A stretch of DNA of 63,868 nt, the filler included, from Octopus bimaculoides (lineage: Eukaryota), in assembly GCF_001194135.2 (NCBI RefSeq). It is 7 parts of 6 records of this genome, joined end to end, with 100 filler letters (N's around TTAATTAATTAA, not from the genome) between each part and the next. Parts side by side here need not be neighbours in the genome. Positions count along the whole stretch, not along the records: positions 1 to 31,807 come from NC_068984.1; positions 31,908 to 38,838 come from NC_068982.1; 5 more parts are not named here. One strand, given 5' to 3'. The notes under the pieces are model-generated. The model saw only the letters and a program-made list of their open reading frames with translations. It made no database searches and was not told the origin of the DNA. Positions 24,690 to 37,182 of the stretch are shown one piece after another. Positions within the stretch are counted from its first letter, which is position 1; every line of letters begins with the position of its first letter. The position numbers were made by a program, and so were the translations under genes.

Positions 24690-25600
24690 ATCTCAACTCT
24701 CATAAAATCATCATTTATGTTAACTTCGATGTGCACATCACAGCCCACCCTTTATTCCTGGTCCTCCTCATTCTCCGAGGAGGGCCAGCTCAGATATGGA
24801 ATGTGGTTTGCCACCCTCAGCAATTTGTCTCGGTTATTACACCCTTAGACTGTCAACTGAATAACAATGATCTCGTCCTCCCCTTCGAGCCTAATACTTT
24901 CCCATACATAATTGCTTGTATGCTTATTTGATAATCCAAGTATAACCAAATAAAAGTAACACACCCCATGACCTCTACCCCAACACAGACCTCCAATACC
25001 TAGTGGTTCTATACTGATCACCTCTCGCAGGGAGTGTGATTAGCCGGTGTCCAATCTGAGACAATTAAGCAGATGATTGGTGCATCGCCCTAATCACTTC
25101 ACAACTAGACTAAACGCCGTAATCTTGAAAATATTTACGTGGCTTAGCGGCTGATGTTCTACATCAGCATGAACAAAGAAAATGCCCAACAAATCTTGTA
25201 ACGAACCTCATGCAACATCCATCAGAGAGGGTTTTACTCACGTCATACGTAAGACAATCATCATGGAAGCAAATGTTGACTTTGTACACCGTACAATCTG
25301 CACGATATCCTGCTTCCCAACTATCGTAGAGTTTATAATCTTAACAAGAACTTATCTAGTTTATACGTGGGTAAAAGAGAAGTTTGAAGGGGAAGGTAGG
25401 ATTACTGTTATTCGATTTGCCGGTAGTTTGTTAAGGATATGTGTATGGTCTAACGCAGACGGTTGAAGGTGGCAAACCATTTCGTAGCTGTGCCAAATGT
25501 GTCAGATAATGAAGAGGGTCAGCAGTAGTGGGTGATGTGCACGTTCAAGTTAACAAGTCTGACCGACTTCTGAGAGAATTGAGATGAGGTCAATGCCTTC
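24690..25600. repeat. Two old inverted copies of one repeat, possibly APE-domain LINE remnants
   Basis: 24690-24910(+) aligns loosely with 25360-25600(-) (GTTAACTT..GTGCACATCAC; TGGTTTGCCACC; AATAACA...CCCCTTC). The VNFDVH/VNLNVH peptides resemble the APE GDFNxH motif. Confidence 0.4.
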
Positions 25601-26092
25601 AGTGGAGAGCGTGAGACAGAAAAATATCAGTTGCTGATTGGTAATGATAAGATCAGAAAAACAGGAGGAACTTTGAGCAAAAATAAATGAAAGACATAAT
25701 TGAAATCTGAGAGAAGGAGAGGCGAGGGACGGGAATAGTTCACACTCTCTCAGCTAAGACAGCTCTATTTCTAGCAGATTTTGTGAAATGTCAAGCTCTG
25801 TACTCCATGCACAGAGACAACTGTTCCTTCAAAGTACTCCACGATCCTCCCGTGACACTATCTCTATAGTCATATTTCAACACAACGTCGGAAAAAACCT
25901 CACAAAACAAATCGAACCAAATGCTTCAAAGTAGTTGCGTCCGATGTTCCTCCCGATTCTGTCATCGGTACTGATACTATACATACACACACACACATAC
26001 TTACCACAATAGCATTATAAGTAGATATATGCATATACATATAAAAGAAGAAAAGAAAATGGAGATTAGGAAGTTAATAATTGTTTATTATG

Positions 26093-26530
26093 AAGGGGGC
26101 GAGCTGGCAGAAACGTTAGCACGCTGGGCGAAATGCTTAGCGGTATTTCGTCTGCCGCTACGTTCTGAGTTCAAATTCCGCCGAGGTCGACTTTACCTTT
26201 CATCCTTTCGTGCTCGATAAATTAAGTACCAGTTACGCACTAGAGTCTATGTAATCGACTTAATCCCATTGTCTGTCCTTGTTTGTCCCCTCTATGTTTA
26301 GCCCTTTGTAGGCAAAAAAAAAAGAAATAAGAAACGTTGGCACGCCGGGCGAAGTGCTTAGCGGTATTTCATTTGTCTTTACGGTCTAAGTTCAAATTCC
26401 ACCAAGGTCGACTTTGCTTTTCATCCTTCGGGGTCGAGAAATTAAATACCAGTTGTGTACTGTGGTCGATCTAATCGACTGGCCCCGTCTCGCAAAATTT
26501 CGGACCTTGTGCCTAGAGTAGAAACAAATA
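26093..26530 (+). mobile_element. Dimeric SINE B (left arm plus right arm)
   Basis: A full head and left-arm tail, then AAGAAACGTTGGCACGCCGGG starting a second head, ending TTGTGCCTAGAGTAGAAA. Confidence 0.85.
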
Positions 26531-27505
26531 ATTGTTCATTATTAACAGCAAATTTGTCATCTTCACTTACACATATGAATTCATAAGCACACATATAACA
26601 TCCAAATGTACGTTTTCTTTCTCCCTCTGATGATACTGTGCCCATGTCACATAAATGTAAATTTAATGTTTATTGAGTATTAATTGAAACGGTTGTATAA
26701 ATGAATATAAACTATATGTTTTTATATATACCTATTATTTCAAGGAAATTCACTCCCCCAAAATACTAGGTATTGAACCAGTATTTCCTTGGATAAAACC
26801 ATCACTTCATGAGGTTTACACATCCTCTAATTAAATCTAACAATTATATATACATGTGTGTGTCTGTGTGTGTGTATCCGTGCGAGGTTAGGAAAGGTGC
26901 TTGTCCTACTGGTATGTATGCTCGACTCGCAATCATATTCTTGTGGGTTCAGTTCATGAGCGGTACAGTGCGTTGTGTCTTCGAGAAAGAAACTCCATTT
27001 CATGTTGCTGCTGCTTAATCAGTCGAAAGCATGCGCAACTCTCTCTCCCCTTCAAGTTGGCACATCCAAGATGTGCCACCCGGGTGAAAGAAGAGAGTCG
27101 GAAACTTCATCTTGCTTGTGAAAACAGAGTCACTTAATATCATTAGTGAAAGCACGTAGATGTCACCAAACCATGCTTGTTCGTTATTAACGCCTGTTTT
27201 TGTGTGCGCGTGCGTGTGTGTATGAGTACATGGAAAACTCAATACTATAAAATAGTGACTGACCAAATTTTCGAAATTAGTTATTGAATATTTTTGAGGT
27301 TAATGTATTCGACGGTGTCAATATCCCTGTTGGCAGCTTTCTTCCTTACCAATTTCTGGGAATGCAATGATTTGTGAGATGGTGTTATCAGGTTTGTACC
27401 AATTTATTAATGTGATTTAAATAAATATCAGATTTACATTCATGAGAGGACATAAATATAACCAGATTTTGGATATGATCATAGATCGATAGCAAAGTTT
27501 CGTTG

Positions 27506-27547
<42 letters not shown>

Positions 27548-27814
27548 ATCTTCACCAACAGAACCAATCCCAGAAGGAGCCTACCATCACATTTTCTACA
27601 TTCTAATTTCTATATGTGTATGCATGTGTCCATGTATATATATATATATATATATATNNNNNNNNNNNNNNNNNNNNNNNNNNNNNNNNNNNNNNNNNNN
27701 NNNNNNNNNNNNNNNNNNNNNNNNNNNNNNNNNNNNNNNNNNNNNNNNNNNNNNNNNNNNNNNNNNNNNNNNNNNNNNNNNNNNNNNNNNNNNNNNNNNN
27801 NNNNNNNNNNNNNN

Positions 27815-27865
<51 letters not shown>

Positions 27866-28479
27866 TAGATAGACTAAAGAAAATAACAGAAACGCCACTT
27901 TTTAATTAACTTTTTCTATTGTCAATATGACAGACTCAAAAATGCTTTAGCCTGTACATATTTGTTCATATCCAGTGTGTATGTCTTATACTTCATGTTA
28001 CATCCCTTGTATTATGTTTTATGCAAATATTTATATTTAAATAGGTCGAAATGCGTAACCTTTCTGGTTTTCCAAACAAGAGAAATTGTTGGTGCACGGA
28101 TAGTTGGAGCCTCAGCCACTAAAATCAAGGTAAAACCATCTCTGAGCGGGAGCGGGAGCGAAAGCTCACGGAAACGAAATACTGAATAGTATAAAACGTA
28201 TTTTGTCTGAAACTCATCAAACTACGAAAAGCAAAACTGGCTACTATCTTGCTAACCTTTTCTTAAACAAAACCGGTCATCGTGAGTTCAATCTAGGTAC
28301 TGAGGGGAGGCTGCAATTGCTAAAACACTCCTGTCCCTCATCAACATTCAAAAATGTAAAAAATGATGTCTAAATTTTAGAATAGTATCATCTCTGATGA
28401 ATCATCATTGATATTTTGGCACTCAGGGTCGAGTTTATACCTGGCAATTGCCCAAAAGGGCTTTCATCACTGATTGTTT

Positions 28480-28610
28480 TACATTTAGTGCAAAGCATAC
28501 AGGTGTCTTTGCGATGATTTGGCCGGGTCTATCATGGAATTCTCCTTTTTCTCTACATGGCAGAGTCAACACCAAGAATTATCTGAGTAATTCTGATGAG
28601 CGTGTCCATC
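28480..28610 (+). pseudogene. Tc1-type transposase remnant
   Basis: KHTGVFAMIWPGLSWNS...SLHGRVNTKNYL...RVH resembles the Tc1 motif KHGGGSVMxW. Confidence 0.45.
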
Positions 28611-28924
28611 GTCTGCCACATAATTCCCTGATGGCATCAGCTGGGACCCACGTCGTCGTAACTGACAGAGTGCTCCTTTATGTGTGTGTGTGTGACCTCA
28701 GGATGGCATTCGATGTATAAAAGATAGATTAGGTACTGTAATATGCGCCACACCCTTTGCATCCAGAAAGCAAAGTTGCTCTTGTTGCCAGAGACGCCCT
28801 CAATATTGAGATATCTTTGCAAAAGCGTGTAGATCCCTAGCAAGACTGAGAAGCCACTCCAGTGCTGCTCAAGAGAGAAGTCCAGCGATGGGATTCATCG
28901 AATTCGAGTAACAACCATCATACA

Positions 28925-29045
28925 TACATGTATGCATGTATGTATGCATGTATGTATGTATGTATGTATGTATGTATGTATGTATGTATGTATGCATGTG
29001 TGTATGTATGTATGTATGTATTATGTATGCATATATGTATGTATA
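28925..29045. repeat. (TATG)n microsatellite
   Basis: Directly visible. Confidence 0.95.
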
Positions 29046-29074
29046 CATCTCTCGTGACACGTGCGGGGGGGGGG

Positions 29075-29600
29075 CATAGCTATTGACAGTAGCAGGCGGA
29101 GAAAGATTGTGTACGAGGGGACAGCTACTTTTGAGAAATCTCGAGTTGCGCATGAGAAAGTAAGGAGGGATGTCAGGAGGGGCATCGCTGTTGCACTTCC
29201 AGACGGTAAGGGTCTTCCTATGATGCTGACATGCAGTGTCTGTGCAAGACCCTGCCTCAGTAAAGCTGGACTCAAGAGTCATCTTCGTAGTCATAAAGTG
29301 AGATCGATGATTGAAAACCAAGCCGCTGGTGGTGGTGCTACACACCATACTAATCATATCTGCCAGGTATGTGGAAGGGAGTGTAATTCAGTGGGAGGAC
29401 TTAAACGACATGCAAATGTACATGAAGCCCAGTTACAACTACAGCCGCTAGCTATTGCCAGTAAAGGCTTTAGCTGCCAATTCTGTACAAGACATTGTAG
29501 CTCTTTAGCTGGGCTAAAAAGTCACGTTCAATCACAGCACCGTTAACAGTTAAGCCTCGTGCAATTGCCATACTCGATAACGAGGGGGCAGCTATCATGT
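29075..29600 (+). mobile_element. RTE-like LINE 3' end with open C-terminal ORF carrying three C2H2-like fingers
   Basis: RRKIVYEGTATFEKSRVAHEKVRRDVRR followed by CSVCARPCLSKAGLKSHLRSH, CQVCGRECNSVGGLKRHANVH and CQFCTRHCSSLAGLKSHVQSQH*. Short UTR, then (ATGT)n. Confidence 0.7.
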
Positions 29601-29639
29601 ATGTATTTATGTATGTATATATTTATGATCTATTCTGGT

Positions 29640-29832
29640 TTTAATCATTTAAATTCTTCCTCTGAAGAAGGAACTGGTTTCTAACAAAGGTATAAAGTTC
29701 CATCGCAGGAATGTAGATAACGAAATCAATATCACATTTTAAACTTTAAAAAAAGTCTTGCATATTTTTATTGTTCCACTTACAGATTGTATTCACAAAT
29801 TTCTGAAATTCTAAGCTTATCCAGACAGTCAG
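29640..29832 (-). mobile_element. RLE family B, copy 2, between TATG tracts
   Basis: CTTGCATATTTTTATTGTTCCACTTACAGATT matches copy 1 (SGTIKICKTF), with the same 3'UTR. (TATG)n at 29833-29872 and degenerate TATG at 29597-29625. Confidence 0.8.
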
Positions 29833-29863
<31 letters not shown>

Positions 29864-30144
29864 TGTATGTATTCATGCATGCGTGTGTACTGTAAGCTCT
29901 GTAGTAATCGCTGTGCAGCATTCTTGTACTTGTACCCCCATGACCTGTTAATGACAAGTTATTACTTGTATTTTTATTATGCATTAATTACTATACACTA
30001 AAGATATATTTACAAATAGATATGAACTTACTTTCTGAAATCATAATTTATAAGAATGATATATATATTTGCTATTACAATATTATTGCCGTAATACGTT
30101 TGTCCCTAATATATATACACCCACACACCAGTATGTCTGTGTGT

Positions 30145-30224
<80 letters not shown>

Positions 30225-30781
30225 ACACACAAAATCTGTTGCTATATTGATGAAGTGGTAGGTCTGTCACTGTATATATTTCATAATGCATTTTTAATCA
30301 ACAACAGTAGTTAAATATACGCACGCATTTCCTTTTCTTTTTTTTTTTCGTTTTTATTTTTGTCTCTTTTTTTGTGTTTACTTTAAATAGTTTCAATCTT
30401 TGTTTTGTTGTGTATTTTATTCTTCAGCGATCATGTGAAGGTACAGATCGAAGTTGTATCTACATGATTAATTAATAATTGCAATCATAATATTTATTAC
30501 GAATCTGACATAGATGGGTATTACATCTGTCCTCTGGCAGTTTAGATTCGTGTCGATGCAGGTTAATGTAATTGGAAAATTGCATCCCTTCCTTCTTTTC
30601 TTTCTTCCTTCGTTCTTGTATTCACCCATTCATTCACCAAACACCAAATTAATTGTATTATTAGATTCTGCAGAACCAGAGTGTTGTAACAGAAAATGGT
30701 TTGCTATTCTCTCTATAGCCATTCCCTTTTCTCCATGCCTCTAAGGAAGAATTGAACCCAGCATTTGCAAGCAAAAGAAAA

Positions 30782-30900
30782 ACGTCTGACCAAACTGTAC
30801 CACTGCTGCTGCTGCTACTACTGCTACTACTACTGCTACTACTACTGCTACTACTACTGCTATTACTACAACCACTACAACTACTACTGCTGCTGTTGTT
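30782..30900. repeat. (CTG)/(CTA) compound trinucleotide microsatellite
   Basis: Directly visible. Confidence 0.9.
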
Positions 30901-31285
30901 GTTTACTGTGGAATCATTATCTATTTACAGACTTCCATCTTGGTGGATTGAGCTCAGCAATGGTGACACGTTACTAACCAGCTATTCTAATTCGGTTCTC
31001 CTATCCACAATTAATTTAGCCATGTCATTTTCCTTATCTCTGAGCCAGGATGAAAGACAATGCCCATGACAATTTATAGAGCCAGCAAAATTAGTGGGAG
31101 GAGGAGAGGGAGCAGGGAGGAATGTATCCTCGAACCGGAAGCCAGGCCTGAAAGCTTTCAACGAAGATAATCGCTAAAGTCAAGCAAGGACAAGTTAATG
31201 GTGTTAAACCACAGAAACAAATTGTTTACCATCGAACTCATAACACAAAGAGCTGTAATGAATATCATAATATATCCCGTTCGTC

Positions 31286-31562
31286 AAGGTGGCGAGCTGG
31301 CAGAAACGTTAGCACGCCGGGCAAAATTGTTAGCGGTATTTCGTCTGCCGTTATTTTCTGAGTTCAAATTCCGCCGAGATCGACTTTGCCTTTCATCCTT
31401 TCGGGGTCGATAAATTAAGTACCAGTTACGCACTGAGGTTGATGTAATCGACTTAAACCCTTTGTCTGTCCTTGTTTAGCCCCTTGTGGGCAATAAAGAA
31501 ATAAGAAACGTTAGCACGCCAGGTGAAATGCTTAGCGGTATTTCGTCTGTCTTTACGTTCTG
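31286..31562 (+). mobile_element. Dimeric SINE B, right arm truncated
   Basis: Same ...GGCAATAAAGAAATAAGAAACGTTAGCACGCC junction as 26093-26530. Confidence 0.85.
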
Positions 31563-31693
31563 GCAACTGATGAGGAGTTATCTTATTTGGGCATTTTGTC
31601 CTGCACTTTACTCTCGTGTGTTTACGTATTCTTCACTTGTTGGAGATGTCTTGTACACAATGTGTATTTTTCATTTTATATATATATATATAT

Positions 31694-31807
31694 ATCATCA
31701 TCATCATCATCATCATCATCGTTTAACGTCCGCTTTCCATGCTAGCATGGGTTGGACGATTTGACTGAGGACTGGTGAAACCGGATGGCAACACCAGGCT
31801 CCAATCT
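31694..31807 (-). mobile_element. RTE 3' terminus with (GAT)n tail
   Basis: One mismatch in 88 nt against 39028-39115. Confidence 0.9.
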
Positions 31808-31851
31808 NNNNNNNNNNNNNNNNNNNNNNNNNNNNNNNNNNNNNNNNNNNN

Positions 31852-31863
31852 TTAATTAATTAA
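31852..31863. other. Artificial gap linker TTAATTAATTAA (also at 38883, 53268, 55320, 59535, 61846)
   Basis: Identical palindromic 12-mer with stops in all six frames, centred in N runs (44 N + 12 + 44 N = 100 bp where counted). Confidence 0.95.
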
Positions 31864-33984
31864 NNNNNNNNNNNNNNNNNNNNNNNNNNNNNNNNNNNNN
31901 NNNNNNNATATATATATATATACATAAATGTATGTATTTAAAAAAATGGAAGTCATCAAAGCGATACTTATGCACCATGCTAGCCAAATTCATGACTGCT
32001 TTATATAGTGGCTGTTCTGTGATGGAAAAAACGTTTCATGCTATACATTCTTATTTCACTAAGTTATATTAGCTCTATGTTATGTTGTGTTTTAATACAA
32101 ACACACACACACACACACACACATACACACTCAATACATTTAGATGCAGTTTGCAAAACGTTGCTGTCAACAATTTTCTTTCAAATTTTAGCACTACCTG
32201 TATTTATACATAGAAATTGAACCGATGCCTTCATATTTTACTCGGTAAATGCAAAATACATTGGTATTAATATATAGGGAACATGAAAAGTAATGCTAGA
32301 ATACATATACTTTATATCCCTTTTAAATAAAGTAGCGTGATAATAACAGGGACGTATTAAACGGTAACTGTTGTAACGCACAATTTGCTTTGATAAGTGT
32401 TTGTACATGAGATGATATGTCACGTCCATGTATAGTTCTTTAGAATAAAAAAAATCTTTCACAACAAACTCATAAATATCTACATATACGGAAATTGTAA
32501 TGTACATGTATTCTGAAAATGTTATCATTTTTTACGACATTGTTTTATATTCCTGAAAAAGAGATCGCTTAGAATTTCAGATAAAATCAAATTTCCTCAT
32601 GTTTAACATATTTTCATAAATTATATAAAATGCTTCAGAGCACATGCAGGAAACAATTTTAAGATAACAGGAAGTATTTTCTACGGGTTCTATGTTGTAT
32701 GGTATATATGATTTAATGGTTTCATATTAAAATGCAACTATTACATACCTGCAGGAGAGACTCAATGTTAAAAATGATTAATTTAAGAGAAAACAATTCT
32801 TTAAGAGGCTTTTTAAATATTGTGAAAATTGTGCTTCTGTAATTTTATTGCATATTTCCGCTTGTTTGAAAGGCATTTAAAATCTTTTTGTGAATTTATT
32901 TTCTTCGTGTCAATCACAAAAGTCCTTCAATTTTAATACTAGTCAAACGAAAAGGCAAGTAAGTTATAAAGTCGAAATTTTAATTTCTTTCTCAAAAATC
33001 TATAGTATGCTGAGGTCTAAATGTTTGCATTTCAGACGTAAATTGTTTTCATATAATCAAAAGTATGCCTTCAGTTTCACAATAGCAGTTTTACTTGCAC
33101 TTTAACTGCAGAGGCAACAATATTATAAAGTCGATTAGTAAGTATATATAATAATCATTTCACATAATCATCATAAACAAGTCTAGTATCAGTATTATAC
33201 TCAACTTTACAACAAATTAATCAGTACATCTTTTTCCTTCCCCACTGAATCGTTCAAGTATTTTTTTTTTTAAATTGCATGAAACATTAAATCTAAGCGA
33301 GCTTTGAAGTGTTAAAACAAGGTGGCACAACATACTAGAAATAGAAGCAAATCTCCTACAAAATAAGTATTTTTAAATAACGATTTCTATCAATACTGTG
33401 AAATTATTGCATCCAAATTATCAGCATACATATTTATATATCTTCTACCGCTCTCAATCCTGTACTCTTACCGGGATTTGCGTTTGTATTTGTAAATTAA
33501 CAATATTCGATTAATTGAGCTGTTCAGAGCAAGCTTAGAATGTCGGCATGGAAGCCAGCGTGTCGAAAGTTATGAAGTGTATTTAAACTTTGATATAATG
33601 CAAACAATACTGAATGATGCGGATTTATCATATCAGCAACATCTAGCACGAAATTTGTAATTCGTGTCATATCGATGTACACTTATATAAATAATATGAT
33701 ATTCTGGCGAACAGAAAGCCTAAAAGCAGCGTGAGAATATTTTACCAAAAACTGTATTGTTTTTTACAAAAATAATTATACGTAGATTTTATCAACAATA
33801 TGTATTTTAAATTACATAAAATAGAACGTGATGTAAAATATTTTGTCTTTTAAGTTTGGCATGTAAATACACGGGTGATAGATATTCTGAAAAAAAACTT
33901 TTATCATTTTTTCAAGTGAAAGTCAACATAGAGAAATATCGCAGATTTTTCTTCCAGATACATACATTGAGACAGTCTATATAA

Positions 33985-34640
33985 ATGTAGTGTTGAACCA
34001 AAAGTTTTGCAATATCATGTGCATTATGCGTCAGTTTACGGCAAAAGTTGCCTAGCATTCAAAGTAGAGGTCACACACACACATGCGCGTGAAGATTATA
34101 CCGTAACTGTGAATGACTTTAGGTATCCCAAACAGGGAATGTGCACCGTCTGAAAACAACTCTATGCCATTTCTTTTTTTAATCCGACGATCATACCGGT
34201 TCTTTTCCTTCAAGGTGAAGAAATCCATCACTGAAGTTTCCACCTCTTCTTGGTTGATGAATCGTCTAGAGCGCAGGAGGTGAACCATGGATCGGAACAA
34301 GTAATGATCCGAGGGAACTAGGTGCGGACTATATATTAGGTGTGGCGTCTGTGTGACTCCTCAGCTTCCTGGAGTTTATTCTAGGTTGCTCGGCCGGTAT
34401 ATCTTGTATTGTCTTGCTACAGAAGAGCTGGTTTTTTTTTGTTAAACAATGATGAGTATTTTTGCCGCACAATGGTATACACCGCTTCAACAGTTCAGAG
34501 TACTGGTTGGCATCGATCGTTCAAGTGTCTGAAACGAGCTCATAATGAATTATCTCTTTATAATTGGACACGACACAGAGCATCACATTGTGTTAGAAAT
34601 GTCCATATATGCCGACAGGTTCCGGAAGTTGACCTTTGTT
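33985..34640 (-). mobile_element. mariner 3' two-thirds (same family as 7654 and 8069)
   Basis: VMLCVVSNYKEIIHYELV...TIDANQYSE...YSPHLVPSDHYLFRSMVHLLRSRRFINQEEVE...LYFEC*, with a TIR-like end. Confidence 0.8.
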
Positions 34641-35024
34641 TTACCACAGATTACGGGGATTAAAAGTGCCGGAAAATATCTTCCTTGGATTATTTCTAAT
34701 CAAGCAAGACGAGATGGAAGCTGGAAGAAAGGAATTCGAAGAACAAGATCTGGTATCTGCGTGGGATCAAACAATTAGCAGAAAGGTGGTTTTTGGTGGT
34801 ACAACATGACAACTACTTTGAATGCTACGCTGTTCTATTCTAAATTGCCGATGAAAGAACATAAGTTACCAAAATATTGTAAATATTTTGACGCAACAAA
34901 AATATTTGTTTGAATCTGTGAAGTATGAACAGATTTCTTAACAATTCTTTATGAAACTGAAAAAGTAGATAGACAGACAGACAGACAGACGGACAGACAG
35001 GCAGACAGACAGACNNNNNNNNNN

Positions 35025-35946
35025 ATTTCACGTTACCCCACTCCACTCAGCTGGTAAAAAGGAGCTGTACCTGTAATTACAAAGGGGCCAGCCTTGTCAC
35101 ATTGTGTGTCACGCTGAATCTGCCCGAGAAACTACGTTAAAGGTACGTGTGTCTGTGGAGTACTCAGCCACTTTTTCTTTTATTTGTTTCAGTCATTTCT
35201 TTATCAAGCCACGCACAGGGCCGAACACCGAGGGAACAATACAATGTGGGTTTTTTTTCTTTTCAAAACCGATCACTATCAATAGGGATCGAAACCGTTT
35301 TGGAACGTATACACAAGACATAACAAAGTATCGTTTTAACAACAGAAATTCCCAAAAAGGGAAAGAAAATATGACACTGGCCAGGGTTATCCGTGGAAAG
35401 AAAAACCTTCGAAAAAACACCACGGAAACCTCGAAAAAACACCACGGTAACCTCAGAAAAGAACCAAAGCGCCCTTTGTCTTTTTGTTCTATAGGCTCAT
35501 GCTCAAAGTCATTTGACTGCGGCCATGCTAGAGCTCCGCATTTAGTCGAACAAATCAACCCCAGGGCTGTTTGTACTTCGCGGATTTTCAACTATCGCGG
35601 GGAATTTTGGAACATAACACCTGCGACTATCGAGGGTTGTACATACATCCATACATAAACACCCGCGATAGTCGAGGGATTACTGTATGTTCTTTTACGT
35701 GTTTCAGTCATTTAACTGTTGCCATGCTGGAGCGCCGCCTTTAGTCGAACAAACTGACCCCAGGACTTATTCTTTGTAAGCCTAGTACTTACTCTATCGA
35801 TTTCTTTTGCCGAACCGTTTAGGTACGGGGTGGGGCGTAAACACACCAACATCGGTTGTCAACTTGCCTATTAATTTCACGAGGAGACTGTTCCATTGAT
35901 CAGTTCAACGGGACAAATCGTCGTCGTAACCAACGGAGGACCAGTT
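35025..35946. mobile_element. Nested repeats: probable SINE (35025-35173 plus 35860-35946) split by SINE A pieces and a CAGT-ended MITE fragment
   Basis: SINE A minus pieces at ~35175, 35505-35565 and 35690-35860. GAGGGATTACTG-TA end at ~35675-35688. Continuity of the outer halves is inferred, not proven. Confidence 0.45.
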
Positions 35947-36476
35947 AGTTAGGAGACCGTGTTAAAGGTGGTGTAACGGTAGGGGTGGATGCGTTGGTGA
36001 TAGTGTGGATATCGGTGTAAATNNNNNNNNNNNNNNNNNNNNNNNNNNNNNNNNNNNNNNNNNNNNNNNNNNNNNNNNNNNNNNNNNNNNNNNNNNNNNN
36101 NNNNNNNNNNNNNNNNNNNNNNNNNNNNNNNNNNNNNNNNNNNNNNNNNNNNNNNNNNNNNNNNNNNNNNNNNNNNNNNNNNNNNNNNNNNNNNNNNNNN
36201 NNNNNNNNNNNNNNNNNNNNNNNNNNNNNNNNNNNNNNNNNNNNNNNNNNNNNNNNNNNNNNNNNNNNNNNNNNNNNNNNNNNNNNNNNNNNNNNNNNNN
36301 NNNNNNNNNNNNNNNNNNNNNNNNNNNNNNNNNNNNNNNNNNNNNNNNNNNNNNNNNNNNNNNNNNNNNNNNNNNNNNNNNNNNNNNNNNNNNNNNNNNN
36401 NNNNNNNNNNNNNNNNNNNNNNNNNNNNNNNNNNNNNNNNNNNNNNNNNNNNNNNNNNNNNNNNNNNNNNNNNNNN

Positions 36477-36516
<40 letters not shown>

Positions 36517-37138
36517 TTTGCAAGAAGACGAGTGACAGTGACTTCGAAGTTTCGGCCAGCTAGCCACCGTCACCCTCCGGTAGAAGTTACGCTAATACAA
36601 TATCAATCCAAAGACGTAAACAATACGTTGAAAGGAATTCGGGATCCTGTTCAGTTCGATAACAATAAGCGACTCGTGATTATCTTCGGCGGCTTCCATT
36701 GAGATGTGTCTTCGATTACATCACTGTGGTTGCTATTATTGTTGTTGCTGTTGTTGTTGTTGTTGTTGTTGCCTAGCCATAGACAGTGAAGATCAAGTAG
36801 TCTGACCTGTGGTCAAAGACACTCCATCCTTGACAATCATGTCGCTCTTTTTTCAGAGATATCTAAGACTTTACGGTACAGATACACCTTTTTTTAAAAA
36901 AACAATTACCTGGACGTTTTTGGTTTCTTGGCTGTTGATGTTGTTGTTGTTCGGATTTGTGTTTTTATCGTTTTAATTCCGATATATGGTGATGTGTTTG
37001 TCTGTATGTGTGTGTGTGCGGATGCAAATGTATGTCAGTGCGTGTGTGTGTTTATGTATGTGTATATATATACACACACACACATATATATATTTACAAC
37101 ACACATTTTTTTAGATATATGTATGCGTGTATGTATTA

Positions 37139-37182
<44 letters not shown>

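Noticed and set aside
27058-27078. Perfect 9-bp stem hairpin TGGCACATC-CAA-GATGTGCCA
   Set aside because: A single short palindrome is expected by chance in 64 kb, and there is no supporting context.
35406-35460. 22-23-bp tandem repeat (CCTCGAAAAAACACCACGG)
   Set aside because: Only about 2.5 adjacent units with no spacers, inside nested TE debris; a simple slippage duplication.
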